A DNA stretch of 64,000 nt, taken from positions 96,001-160,000 of the forward strand of contig CAWBVY010000004.1 of the NCBI GenBank assembly GCA_963792415.1. Direction: 5' to 3'. Position 1 is the stretch's first letter, and each line of letters opens with the position of its first letter. This document shows positions 33,756 to 42,730 of this stretch, piece after piece. The stretch comes from Candidatus Deferrimicrobiaceae bacterium. Lineage in GTDB: Bacteria > Desulfobacterota > Deferrimicrobia > Deferrimicrobiales > Deferrimicrobiaceae. The notes below the pieces were generated by a model. The model searched no databases. It was not told the origin of the DNA and saw only the letters and a program-made list of their open reading frames with translations. Made by a program: the position numbers and the translations under genes.

Positions 33756-34406
33756 TCAGGGAGCCACTTTTCTTTTCGTCATCTCGCTGACGTTGTCGAT
33801 GACCGCTCTCAAATCCAGGTTCTCTTTTTCCAGCGCCGATATCCTGCCCTGCAGTTCGTCGATCAGCGCCTTGAGTTTTTCCCCCTGCTGCGCTTCCTGC
33901 CGGGCCGCGGACAGCTCCGTCTGAAGCCGGTCCTGTGCGGCGACCTTTTCCGCGATCACCTGCTGCTTCTGCTTCAGCTGGTCTTTCAGGGTGCGGACCT
34001 GGTTATCCAGCCCGGCGATCCGCCCTTGCAAATCGGCATTTTCCGCCTTAAGCTGCTTTCGCTCGTCCGCCACTTTTTCCGCTTCCGAGATCCTCGCGTT
34101 CAATCCGCTCATGGAAACCGTCATCCGGCTCATTTCCTGCGCGGAGTTATCCAGCTGGCCCTTCAAGGCCTGGTTCTCCGCTTTCATCGCCTCGGCTTCC
34201 CGCGCGTTGCCCTTCAACGCTTCGACCTGCGATGCCAGATCCTGGTTCCTCTTTTCGATCCGTTCCGCCGCATCGCCCACTTTCGCCACCAGTTCCCGCA
34301 GATCCGCCTTTTGGTCGTCCTTCGGTTTCCAGATCGTATAGCCGCCGAAGAGTCCCGCGAGGAAACCGATCACGACGAGTCCGATGACGATCTTTGCCGT
34401 TTTCAT
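33756..34406 (-). CDS. membrane-anchored coiled-coil hypothetical protein
   Basis: N-terminal TM then long heptad region; AAGGAGG RBS. Confidence 0.7.
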   Translation of the reverse strand: MKTAKIVIGLVVIGFLAGLFGGYTIWKPKDDQKADLRELVAKVGDAAERIEKRNQDLASQVEALKGNAREAEAMKAENQALKGQLDNSAQEMSRMTVSMSGLNARISEAEKVADERKQLKAENADLQGRIAGLDNQVRTLKDQLKQKQQVIAEKVAAQDRLQTELSAARQEAQQGEKLKALIDELQGRISALEKENLDLRAVIDNVSEMTKRKVAP

Positions 34407-34469
34407 GCGAAACCCTCCTTGGCGTACTGCGTCATTCCTGCCGGTTGGCGCAACGCGAGACGATCCGGG

Positions 34470-35924
34470 TTATTTGGGCTGGGGAACGCTCCCCGTGTAG
34501 AACGTCTCGCACTTCGACGGCTCCAACAGCTTCGCGAGCTGCCGGGTCTGCTCGAAAAGCCCCAGGATCGGCGCCGCCACGGACTGCAGCGCGTTCACCC
34601 TGTCCACCTTGGGGTTCCGGAACGGGCCGCTGATCTTCTGCCGGAGCGTCGCGCACCCCTTCGCGTCCAGTACCGCCACCGTGACGTCCAGGAACCGGTC
34701 GTTCACGATATCCAGCTTCCCCTTGAGGGCGATCCGATTCTTCCGCGTCGCGAAGGCGACGTCCTTCGTCTCGGCGATGCCGTTGTGCACCGTCCAGTCG
34801 GAGACCAGTTTCGTCACCCTGGTCTCCCCCGTTTGGGCGGCAGCCCCGTAGACGCCCCCGAAGCTGTACCCTTTCGTGGCCGCGGATCCCAGCGGGCCGG
34901 CCAGCAGAAAGGCGCCCATGTCCGCCAGGTTCAACTGCTTCGCCTGCTCCGCCTTCGACAGCACGGCGTCGATATCGACGCCCTGGACGGTCAGGCCCTC
35001 CCCCCACAGGGACACCTGCCCGCTCGCCGTCCGCTTCATCTCCTCTTTCCCACTCCCCTGGAAGGAGAGGTTCTCGGACAGCGTCAAGGGGCCGCTCAGG
35101 TATTTTTTGGCGGATACGGCGGCGAGCGATTCCTCCGCGCGGAAATTCGACACCGTGTATTTTACTTTCAGGTCGGGTTTCGCCTTCGACAGGTCGGCGC
35201 GGATCTCCCCTTCTCCCTTCCCGCCGAAGAGCTTCATGGTAAACGGGCGGACATCGAAAACCCCGCTGGCGGCCGTGACGTTCGCCTCCACGTCCGAGAC
35301 GGCAAGGTCCCGGGCCGTAATCGCCTTCACGCCCAAGGTTCCCGAGAACCGGATCCCTTTGACCAGCGGCACGCCGGTATTTTCCGGAAGGGAAAGGTCC
35401 TTCACGGAGAGGTTGATTCCCGAAATCTCCGTCTTTGCGCCATCCTTCCGGTCCAGGTAGACGAGTCGGCCGTCCCTCACGACGGCGTTTGCCACCGAAA
35501 GGGGGATTCCCGGACCCGCGGATTCTTTCCCGGCGGATTCCTTCACGACGGGCGGAGTCCAGGTGTTGAGTCTTCCGGCAGCGCTTTTTTCAAGATGGAT
35601 CACCGGCTTTTCGAGAATCAGATCCGTGACCTCCACCCGGCGGCTGAGCAGGGGGAGCAGCTTCACCCCCACCCGGAAGGTTTCCGCCGACACCAGGTCC
35701 GATCCGTGGTTCCGCAGCCGGATGTCGGAGAAGGAGACGCCCGCCGGGGGAAGAAACCTGAGACCTGCCTTCCCCTGGATCCGGAACTCCATCCCCAACG
35801 CGTCGGACACCGCGCTCTCGATCCGGGGCTTGTACGCGTTCGGATCGACGAGGAAGATGACCGCGATCCCGGCAAGGACAAGAAGCCCCGCCAAGGCTGC
35901 GAGGACGACGAGCGCCTTCTTCAT
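34470..35924 (-). CDS. AsmA family protein
   Basis: N-terminal TM, DPNAYKPRIE, VKLLPLL, ISGPF.NP. Confidence 0.85.
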   Translation of the reverse strand: MKKALVVLAALAGLLVLAGIAVIFLVDPNAYKPRIESAVSDALGMEFRIQGKAGLRFLPPAGVSFSDIRLRNHGSDLVSAETFRVGVKLLPLLSRRVEVTDLILEKPVIHLEKSAAGRLNTWTPPVVKESAGKESAGPGIPLSVANAVVRDGRLVYLDRKDGAKTEISGINLSVKDLSLPENTGVPLVKGIRFSGTLGVKAITARDLAVSDVEANVTAASGVFDVRPFTMKLFGGKGEGEIRADLSKAKPDLKVKYTVSNFRAEESLAAVSAKKYLSGPLTLSENLSFQGSGKEEMKRTASGQVSLWGEGLTVQGVDIDAVLSKAEQAKQLNLADMGAFLLAGPLGSAATKGYSFGGVYGAAAQTGETRVTKLVSDWTVHNGIAETKDVAFATRKNRIALKGKLDIVNDRFLDVTVAVLDAKGCATLRQKISGPFRNPKVDRVNALQSVAAPILGLFEQTRQLAKLLEPSKCETFYTGSVPQPK

Positions 35925-35962
35925 GGGGGGTTCACCTCCAGGCTGGAATCACGGGTGCTGTA

Positions 35963-36382
35963 TTGATCATGCCCCGGCCGGACGATCCGGTCAAACGGCA
36001 GGACGTGTTTCGACGGGATCCGGTCGGGCGAAAGGGAAGCGGCGCCTGCGGGCATATTGAGCGAGTTCGAGGAGACGATGGCGAAGGGGACCAACCCGTA
36101 AAAAAAAAGCACCTTCTCCGCAAAGCCATCGAGTGGCAAGATCTCCTGGAATCCGGAAGGATTGCCAGCCAGGCCGATATTGCTCGTCAGGAGGGAATCA
36201 CCCGTGGTCGGGTCACCCAGATAATGGGCATGCTGCGGCTAGCACCGAAGATCCGGGAGGAAATCCTGTCGATGCCTGCCGTTGTTCGTCGCCCCCCCTT
36301 AACAGAACGAGCGCTCCGCCCGATCGCAACCATCAACGACTATCACGGTCAGAATCAGGAATTCCACAAGCTCTTGGGCTAA
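35963..36382 (+). pseudogene. probable remnant of an HTH protein of the type found beside site-specific recombinases on integrative elements
   Basis: KAIEWQDLLESG..SQADIARQEGITRGRVTQIMGMLRLAP.I...IL; 5' part not protein-like. Confidence 0.5.
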
Positions 36383-36400
36383 GCATACCGTCTTTCCGTA

Positions 36401-36424
36401 TGGCGCCTAAGGCGGGATTTGAAC
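36401..36424 (-). repeat. tRNA 3'-end-like fragment, candidate att site
   Basis: Minus strand GTTCAAATCCCGCCTTAGGCGCCA; 17/24 match to tRNA-Asn 3' end, same orientation. Confidence 0.45.
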
Positions 36425-36575
36425 GCGAACGGGTTTCCCCACCACCTCCCGGATTCGAGGCCCGCAGCTCCATGCGGGACCTCCCGCATCGTTGTGCGGC
36501 TTGAGGATCCCGTCCCCCTTTTTCATCAGAGGCGACCATGCCGTGCCGCCCAGTGAAAAATCCAGAAACAGGCGG

Positions 36576-37343
36576 TCAGCCTGCGGGCTCCTCCTCTTCG
36601 CTCAGCGGCTTGTGCAGCTTCACCGGCTCGGCGGGACGCCGTGCGTGCATCCGGATGTTGAGCATCTCCACCGCCACCGAGAAGGCCATGGCGAAGTAGA
36701 TGTACCCCTTCGGGATATGGAAATTCAGCCCCTCGGCGATCAGGGCGACGCCCACCATGATCAGGAAGCTCAGGGCCAGTATCTTGATGGTGGGGTGACG
36801 GTCGACGAAATCGCCGATGGGCCCGGCGGCCAACATCATGATGCCCACCGCGATTACGATAGCGATCACCATGACCGGCACGTGCTCCGCCATGCCCACA
36901 GCCGTGATGACGGAATCCAGCGAGAAGACGATGTCGAGAAGGGCGATCTGCGTCAGGACCGCGCCCAGGGTGTCGGCTGTCCCGCCCGCGTCCCCGTGTT
37001 CCGGTTCCGGCCCCTCGAGGCTCTTGTGGATTTCGTGGACACTCTTCCACAACAGGAAAAGGCCCCCGCCGACCAGGATCAGGTCCCGCCCGGAGATGTC
37101 CATCCCGGCGATCGCGAACAACGGTTCCACCAGTCCCATGATCCAGGCCAGCGAAAGCAGCAGCAGGATGCGCATCCCCATCGCGAGTACCAGTCCGACC
37201 CGGCGCGCGAAATTGCGCTTCTCCCGCGGCAGGCGGCCGACGAGGATCGAAATGAAGATGATGTTGTCAATGCCGAGGACGATTTCCAGCGCCGTCAGGG
37301 TCGCCAGGGCGATCCATGCCTGCGGATCCGTAATCCAATGCAT
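36576..37343 (-). CDS. TerC family membrane protein
   Basis: LEIVLGIDN, GGLFLL.K, DIVFSLDSVITAVG, IPKGYIYFAM. Confidence 0.93.
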   Translation of the reverse strand: MHWITDPQAWIALATLTALEIVLGIDNIIFISILVGRLPREKRNFARRVGLVLAMGMRILLLLSLAWIMGLVEPLFAIAGMDISGRDLILVGGGLFLLWKSVHEIHKSLEGPEPEHGDAGGTADTLGAVLTQIALLDIVFSLDSVITAVGMAEHVPVMVIAIVIAVGIMMLAAGPIGDFVDRHPTIKILALSFLIMVGVALIAEGLNFHIPKGYIYFAMAFSVAVEMLNIRMHARRPAEPVKLHKPLSEEEEPAG

Positions 37344-37515
37344 CGGGGGAACCCACCTTTTTGTTGTTTTGTTAGTACCGAAGCGGTTGTGCACATTCGA
37401 ACTGGTGGAAGGCGACAAGTCAGATCCTCATAAATCCCCGAACGGGAGATTTGAGGCCTTCCTTCCCTTGGTGCCGCCAAAGTGGTACACTTTGAGCGGG
37501 AAGGAGGGATCCCCG

Positions 37516-37743
37516 ATGCCTGCAAGGAATCCGAGAGTGAACGTGGTGCTGGAGAAACCGCTCTACGAAGCGGTCGATCACCTGGCGAAGGAAGAAGGCG
37601 TTTCCCTTTCGACGGCGGTGCGAGACCTCGTCAAAGAAGCGATCGAGATCCGGGAGGACATCGATCTTGTCCGGTTTGCCGAGACGCGGGAGAAAACCCT
37701 GAGGCGTTCCCGGGCGCTCTCGCACAAGGACGTCTGGGGATAA
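37516..37743 (+). CDS. RHH/CopG-type antitoxin
   Basis: MPARNPRVNVVL..LA..EGVSLS..VRDL..LSHKDVWG; AAGGAGG RBS; abuts toxin. Confidence 0.8.
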   Translation: MPARNPRVNVVLEKPLYEAVDHLAKEEGVSLSTAVRDLVKEAIEIREDIDLVRFAETREKTLRRSRALSHKDVWG

Positions 37744-37744
37744 C

Positions 37745-38107
37745 GTGGCGTATACGGTCAAGTATCACCCCGACGTCAAGAACATCGATCTCCCACGGAT
37801 CAACGTGAAAATGCGGGAGCGCATCCGGAGGGCGATCGAGTCCCGCCTGATGACGGCGCCCCAGGAGTACGGACTTCCCCTTAGGAAAAGCCTGAGGGGG
37901 TATTGGAAGCTTCGGGTGGGAGATTACCGCGTCGTTTTCAAAGTCGAAGGCGAGATGGTTTACGTCCTCGGCATACGCCACCGGAAGAGCGTTCATGAGG
38001 ATGTGACGGGACGGATCAAGATAAAAAAACGGAGAGCGCGATCGGCACGCTCTCCGGAACTTTGCTGGCTCCCTGGGCAGGACTCGAACCTGCAACCTAG
38101 TGGTTAA
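37745..38107 (+). CDS. RelE/ParE family toxin
   Basis: GLPLR..L.GYWKLRVGDYRVVF..I.HR; C-terminus runs antisense into tRNA. Confidence 0.88.
   Translation: MAYTVKYHPDVKNIDLPRINVKMRERIRRAIESRLMTAPQEYGLPLRKSLRGYWKLRVGDYRVVFKVEGEMVYVLGIRHRKSVHEDVTGRIKIKKRRARSARSPELCWLPGQDSNLQPSG
38023..38056 (-). terminator. intrinsic terminator of tRNA-Asn
   Basis: CGGAGAGCG/CGCTCTCCG stem followed by T7 on minus strand. Confidence 0.7.
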
Positions 38108-38141
38108 CAGCCACCCGCTCTGCCGGTTGAGCTACCAGGGA
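38066..38141 (-). tRNA. tRNA-Asn (GTT)
   Basis: TCCCTGGTAGCTCAACCGGCAGAGCGGGTGGCTGTTAACCACTAGGTTGCAGGTTCGAGTCCTGCCCAGGGAGCCA; 76 nt with CCA. Confidence 0.97.
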
Positions 38142-38162
38142 ACGTGCTACGGCAGACCAGAA

Positions 38163-38191
38163 AATATAGTCCCGGCGGCGGGTTCCGTCAA
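38163..38191 (-). promoter_or_regulatory. sigma-70 promoter of tRNA-Asn
   Basis: TTGACG-N17-TATATT. Confidence 0.7.
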
Positions 38192-39180
38192 GCGGAACTG
38201 TTCGGGGCAAGCGCACCCTCCGGAGAGACTCCATTCGCGATCAGGCGGACCTCCCCCGTCTTGGCCTGCGTGGGAAGGTTCCGCCGGACCCATTCGTCGA
38301 ACCCGCCGTGGAGCACTCCCACCCGGTCGTACCCCCGCTTGATGAGGATCCGCGCCAGACTGGCGCTGGTGGCCTCGCCCGGTCAGGTGCAGTAGAAGAC
38401 CAGGTCGCGGTCCCGCGGGAGGTGCATGGCGTGCCGGTGGAACGACGCGGGCCGCAACCGCGCCGCGCCGGCGATCATCCGATCCGCGGCGTCGAAATCG
38501 TCGTCGCGCCGCAGGTCGATGACGAGGAGATCCTCCCCTTCGCGCATCCGCCGGTGCACCTCGTCCGGGTCGAACCGCTTGCCGCCGTACTTCTTCACCA
38601 GCCAGAACCGATACCCGATCCGCCAGGCGATCGTGGCGGCGAGACCGGCCAGCAGGAGCCACCCCATCATCCCCTGAACGCCGCGCGCCGTCTCGGCGAT
38701 CCGCTCCCCGAAGGCGAACCCCAGGGCGACGGCCGCACCCGCCCACAGGAGTGCGCCGGCGAGGTCCAGCAGGAGAAAAACGGATATCGGCACCGCGGAG
38801 ACCCCGGCCAGCGGCGGCATGATCGTGTTCACGCCCGGGAGGAACTTCGCGAAGAGGATCGTCGCCGCCATCCTGCGATGGAACCCGTCGACGGCCCGCT
38901 CCAGGCAGGCGTCGGGGTTGAACGAAACCCGGCAGAGGTGCGTAAGCACCCCTTTCCCCTTCCATCGGCCGACAAGGTACCAGATCGTATCCGCAAGGAG
39001 CGCCCCCGCGGCCGCCGCGACGAGAACCATCAGGAGCGCGGCGTGCCGGGTGGAGGCGTACGCCCCGGCGAGCATCAGCACGGGGAACGCCGGAACGGGC
39101 AACCCCGTATTTTCGAGAAACGTGAACAGGAAGACCGCGGTCACCCCGTACCGGGCGACGAGGCCCGTGAAGTCATCCAT
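38188..39180 (-). CDS. DedA/VTT-rhodanese fusion, probable selenoprotein (UGA at 38383-38385)
   Basis: DedA (LENTGLPVP, AKFLPG); rhodanese VIDLR...VFYCT-UGA-PGEATSA...LHGGFDEW; 64 more codons in frame. Confidence 0.85.
38350..38382 (-). promoter_or_regulatory. candidate bacterial SECIS hairpin
   Basis: UGA CCGGGCGAGGCCACCA GCGCCA-GUC-UGGCGC GG; G in apical loop 22 nt after UGA. Confidence 0.65.
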
Positions 39181-39284
39181 CGATTACCTCCCCTCCGCCT
39201 TTTCCCCCCGGAGGACCGGGCAAGTGGAACCAAATCCCATCCCCGTCTTGGGATGCCGCCGCGACAGGGAAGGATACCGGACCA

Positions 39285-39596
39285 TCACCACCAGCGCCAC
39301 ATGGCGATGACCAGCAGCACGGCGAACACGAGGAAGAGGTTGAGGGAAGTCATGAAGTAGAACGCCTTCAGGTGCGGCGGCTTCCCCTCGGGCGTTCCTT
39401 TCCCCACGAGCTTTCCGACAACGGGGAGTTGCCGGACCGGGTCCTCGCCGTGAGGGGCAAGCTTGAGCATCCCGTGGGAGGCGGCGCACTCCTTCCCGGT
39501 CCGCCGCGCGAACTCTTCGGTGGCCAGGCCCCGGGCCGGGAACAGGAGCAACCCGAAGAGCAGGGCCGTCCCGGCGAAGATCGTAAGTCACCGCAA
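39285..39596 (-). pseudogene. internally deleted heme c / cytochrome b5-like membrane protein remnant
   Basis: Stop at codon 3; signal peptide; ATEEFARRTGKECAASH (degenerate CxxCH) fused directly to LKLAPHGE..LPVVGKL and a C-terminal TM. Confidence 0.5.
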
Positions 39597-39622
39597 TGGA
39601 CGGAAAGGAGCGGCCCCTCCGG

Positions 39623-40630
39623 TCATTTCTTCGCACGGTCCAGGAGGGAGAATCCGAAGAGGGCCCAGAAGTAGTCTCTCCTCGTTCCCGCCGAACCGCT
39701 TTTTCCCCCCGCCATGTTCTCGGCCGCCAGTTGCCCCTGCCGGATGGCGCTGCGCCATCCGAAGTTGATCCGGCTCGTTCCGCTGGCCTTGTCCGTGAAT
39801 TCCGCGCAGTCGCCCGCCGCGTATACGTCGGGGAGGCTCGTCCGCAGGAATTCGTCCACCACGATCCCGGTCCGCACCCCCACGCCGCTCCCCGCCAGAA
39901 AGCCGACGAAGGGAATACGCTCCGTGCGACAACGACCAGGGAACAGGGGATCTCTTCGCCGCTGCGCGTTGCGGACCAGCAGTGATGCGGCGCCCGTCTC
40001 CCGGACCTCGACGATATCGTCCCCGTCCTTGATCCGCGTCCCCCGGTTCCGCACGTCGTCCAGGATGCTCGCCTCGAGCTCGCCGGCGATCGGGTAGCCG
40101 TATCTCGGCGTGTCCGGCTTGATCCATACGACTTCCTTCTTCGCTTTCCGCAGCGCCCGGCACGCCTTCGATCGCCAGGTAACCAGGGCCGTACACCACC
40201 GCGGCGCCCGGTGCGGCCCGCCCGCTCCTTGATGGCGATGGCGTCTTTCCAGGAATCGAACGATCCGGATCATGGGGCTATCCATCTTCAACGCCGACGG
40301 CACCTCCGGCTTCCCTCCGGTGGCGACGAGAAGGACGTCGTACCTTCTCGCGTCGCCGTCCGAGAAGTCCACCATCTTGTCCTCCACGTCCAGCCGGACG
40401 GCCGACGCCCGTCAACCATCCGGACACTTTTTCCCGCCAGGTCCCGCCCTTGCGGATCGAGGATCGGCTCGCCGTGGCGTCCCCGAGGATCAGGTCCGGC
40501 AGGAGCGGTCGCAGGTACGGGGCCTCCGTCTCCTCGGTCACGATGATGATCTCTCGTCGGACCTCGCCTTCCTGATGGTTTTCGCCGCTGCGATCCCCGC
40601 GGGGCCGCCTCCCAGGATCAGATACCGCAT
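39623..40630 (-). pseudogene. FAD/NAD(P)H oxidoreductase (NirB/rubredoxin reductase-like), multiple frameshifts
   Basis: MRYLILGGGPAG, PYLRPLL, YDVLLVATGG, VYAAGDCAE, GQLAAENMAG lie in different frames. Confidence 0.8.
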
Positions 40631-40675
40631 CGCGCACCTCCGTGCCGCGCCAGGCATCCCCGGCGCATCCTTCGG

Positions 40676-41332
40676 TTAATGCCCGTGGGGCGCCACCGGC
40701 TCCGGGTGCGGGACGGCGTGGCCATCATGCCCCCCTCCCTCTCCCGTCCCGTGGGCGATCGGCGTTGTCGCGTCGGCGTAAAGCCGTTCGACGAAGTGCA
40801 GGTACGGGACGTACGCCGCAACGTATGCCCGCCCCGCCTCGACGCTCTCCCCTGCGTGGGCTTTCTTCTCCCTCGCCGCCACGAAGTACTTGTGGATCCC
40901 GTCGTGGACCTTCCCGTCGATGAGCTTCACCAGCTCTTGCGGGTTGCCCGTTTCCAGCGCCTTGTCGGCCGCGGGGATCGCGGGGCCCGGGTCGAGGCCC
41001 GCGGGCTTCAGCCCCGAGTACGGCGCCCCCTCCCCGGCCCGGTGGACCCGCACGAGCGTCTCGAAGAAGTACGTATCGGCCAGTTCCCTCTCCTTCTCCC
41101 CCTTGCTTCTCACGGCCACCGCGAGATCAAACGCCTTCCGGATCTCCGCCTCCTTGTCCGCCGCCACCCAGGGAAGGACGATCTTGACGTCCCCCTTGGC
41201 GAGCGCCTTCCGGGCAAGATTCACGACCGGGCCGTCCAGCGTGTCGCAGTGCGCCAGGGCGTTCCCCGCCGTCGCCAGCACCAGGAGGATGACCGCCGCC
41301 GTCATGCTGCCGAGGATTCTCCTGAGTTTCAT
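40676..41332 (-). CDS. exported DUF6448-like protein, N-terminal HCD and His-rich tail
   Basis: ALA|HCDTLDGPVV, FFETLVRVHRAGEGAPY.GLKPAG, GR.YV.AYV. Confidence 0.8.
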   Translation of the reverse strand: MKLRRILGSMTAAVILLVLATAGNALAHCDTLDGPVVNLARKALAKGDVKIVLPWVAADKEAEIRKAFDLAVAVRSKGEKERELADTYFFETLVRVHRAGEGAPYSGLKPAGLDPGPAIPAADKALETGNPQELVKLIDGKVHDGIHKYFVAAREKKAHAGESVEAGRAYVAAYVPYLHFVERLYADATTPIAHGTGEGGGHDGHAVPHPEPVAPHGH

Positions 41333-41420
41333 CGTTCCCTCCACCCCCCTCCTGTCTTCGGTCGGTCCGTCCGTAGGGGGTTTTCTGGCTCCAGCATCCC
41401 CCACGTCCCCCCTCGCCGCC

Positions 41421-41434
41421 TTGATCTACATCAA
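41421..41434. promoter_or_regulatory. FNR/DNR-type binding site
   Basis: Perfect TTGAT-CTAC-ATCAA about 90 bp upstream of the DUF6448 start. Confidence 0.75.
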
Positions 41435-41498
41435 CGCGTATCAATTTGGAGGATCGGGGGGGCTCCCGCAAGCGTCGCGGCACGTTTCCGGGTCATAT

Positions 41499-42566
41499 TC
41501 AGATCCACCGCTTCCGCCGGAAGTAGTACAGCATCCCGCCCGCAACGGCCGCCATCAGGAGCAGCAGCGCGGGGTAGCCGTACGCCCAGCCCAGCTCCGG
41601 CATGTTGTACGGCGACGCGTTCCTGTCGAAATTCATCCCGTAGACCCCCGCGATGAAGGTCAGGGGGATGAAGATGGTCGCCATGACGGTGAGCACCTTC
41701 ATGATCTCGTTCATCCGGTTCGACACCGCCGACATGTATTCGTCCACCAGCCCGGACGCCATTTCCCGAAACGTCTCCACCATGTCCATCAACTGGATCG
41801 TGTGGTCGTAGCAGTCCCGGAAGAACACCTTGGTCCCGGGGCGGATCAGGGCGTGCTCCTCGATCAGCAGCAGGTTCAACGCGTCCCGGGCGGGCCAGAC
41901 GGCGTGGCGCACCGCCATCAACTCCCGCTTCAGGCGCCGGATGGCGAGGAACGTCTCCGGCACGGGGGAGACGAGCACCCGCTCCTCCATCTCCTCCACC
42001 TCGTCGCCCAGACGCTCCAGCGTCGGGAAGAAGGCGTCGAGCACCGAGTCGCATAGCGAGTACAGGAGGTAATCGGCCCCCTCCGAACGGATCCGGCCCT
42101 TCCCCTGCCGCAGGCGCTCCCGGATCGGTTCGAACGCGTCGCCCGGGCGCTCCTGGAAGGAGACGACCACCCGGTCCGCGAGTAAAAACGCCATCTGTTC
42201 GGGAAGTTCCGGGAACCGGATCTCGGACAGCACGACCAGGAGGTGGTCGCCGTACCACTCCACCTTGGGGCGCTGCGGGACGTTCAGCACGTCCTCGAGC
42301 GCCAGGGAGTGGATCCGGAAGCGGTCGCCGATCGCCTGGACCACGGAGGGATCCGACAGGCCGCAGACGTCGAGCCACAGCACCCCTCCCTCCGGCGGGG
42401 ACAGGGAGGAGACCTCGGAGGGGGAAATCGTCCGCTCCTCGTACCGGTTCGCGTCGTACAGGAACACCGTGATCCGGACCGGCGCGTCCCCCGCCTCGGC
42501 GTGCGCAGCGAGCGTCCCGGGCTGCGTTCCCGGCAGGTGGTACCGCTTCCTCCGCTTTCTCGCCAT
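41499..42566 (-). CDS. corA: magnesium/cobalt transporter
   Basis: LALEDV..QRPKVE, MNEIMKVLT, YGMNF, MPEL. Confidence 0.95.
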   Translation of the reverse strand: MARKRRKRYHLPGTQPGTLAAHAEAGDAPVRITVFLYDANRYEERTISPSEVSSLSPPEGGVLWLDVCGLSDPSVVQAIGDRFRIHSLALEDVLNVPQRPKVEWYGDHLLVVLSEIRFPELPEQMAFLLADRVVVSFQERPGDAFEPIRERLRQGKGRIRSEGADYLLYSLCDSVLDAFFPTLERLGDEVEEMEERVLVSPVPETFLAIRRLKRELMAVRHAVWPARDALNLLLIEEHALIRPGTKVFFRDCYDHTIQLMDMVETFREMASGLVDEYMSAVSNRMNEIMKVLTVMATIFIPLTFIAGVYGMNFDRNASPYNMPELGWAYGYPALLLLMAAVAGGMLYYFRRKRWI

Positions 42567-42730
42567 CGGTCGCCTCCCGGGGGCCGGCATGCGATCGGAT
42601 CCGGCCCCGCTCCCATTTATACCAGACCGCCACGGGAGCACCAAGGCACGGCACCTCCTTGTCGCCCCTCCCTTCGACGTGGAATAATGGTCCGACACGA
42701 CAGGAAAGCCGCCGGGCGGAGGGAACCCCC

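Noticed and set aside
37344-37480. yybP-ykoY manganese riboswitch upstream of TerC
   Set aside because: A hairpin is present but the GGGGAGUAG and GAGACC motifs are not seen
39588-39590. Second in-frame TGA as selenocysteine
   Set aside because: Lies at codon 3 of a signal peptide in a degraded gene, not at a Cys position
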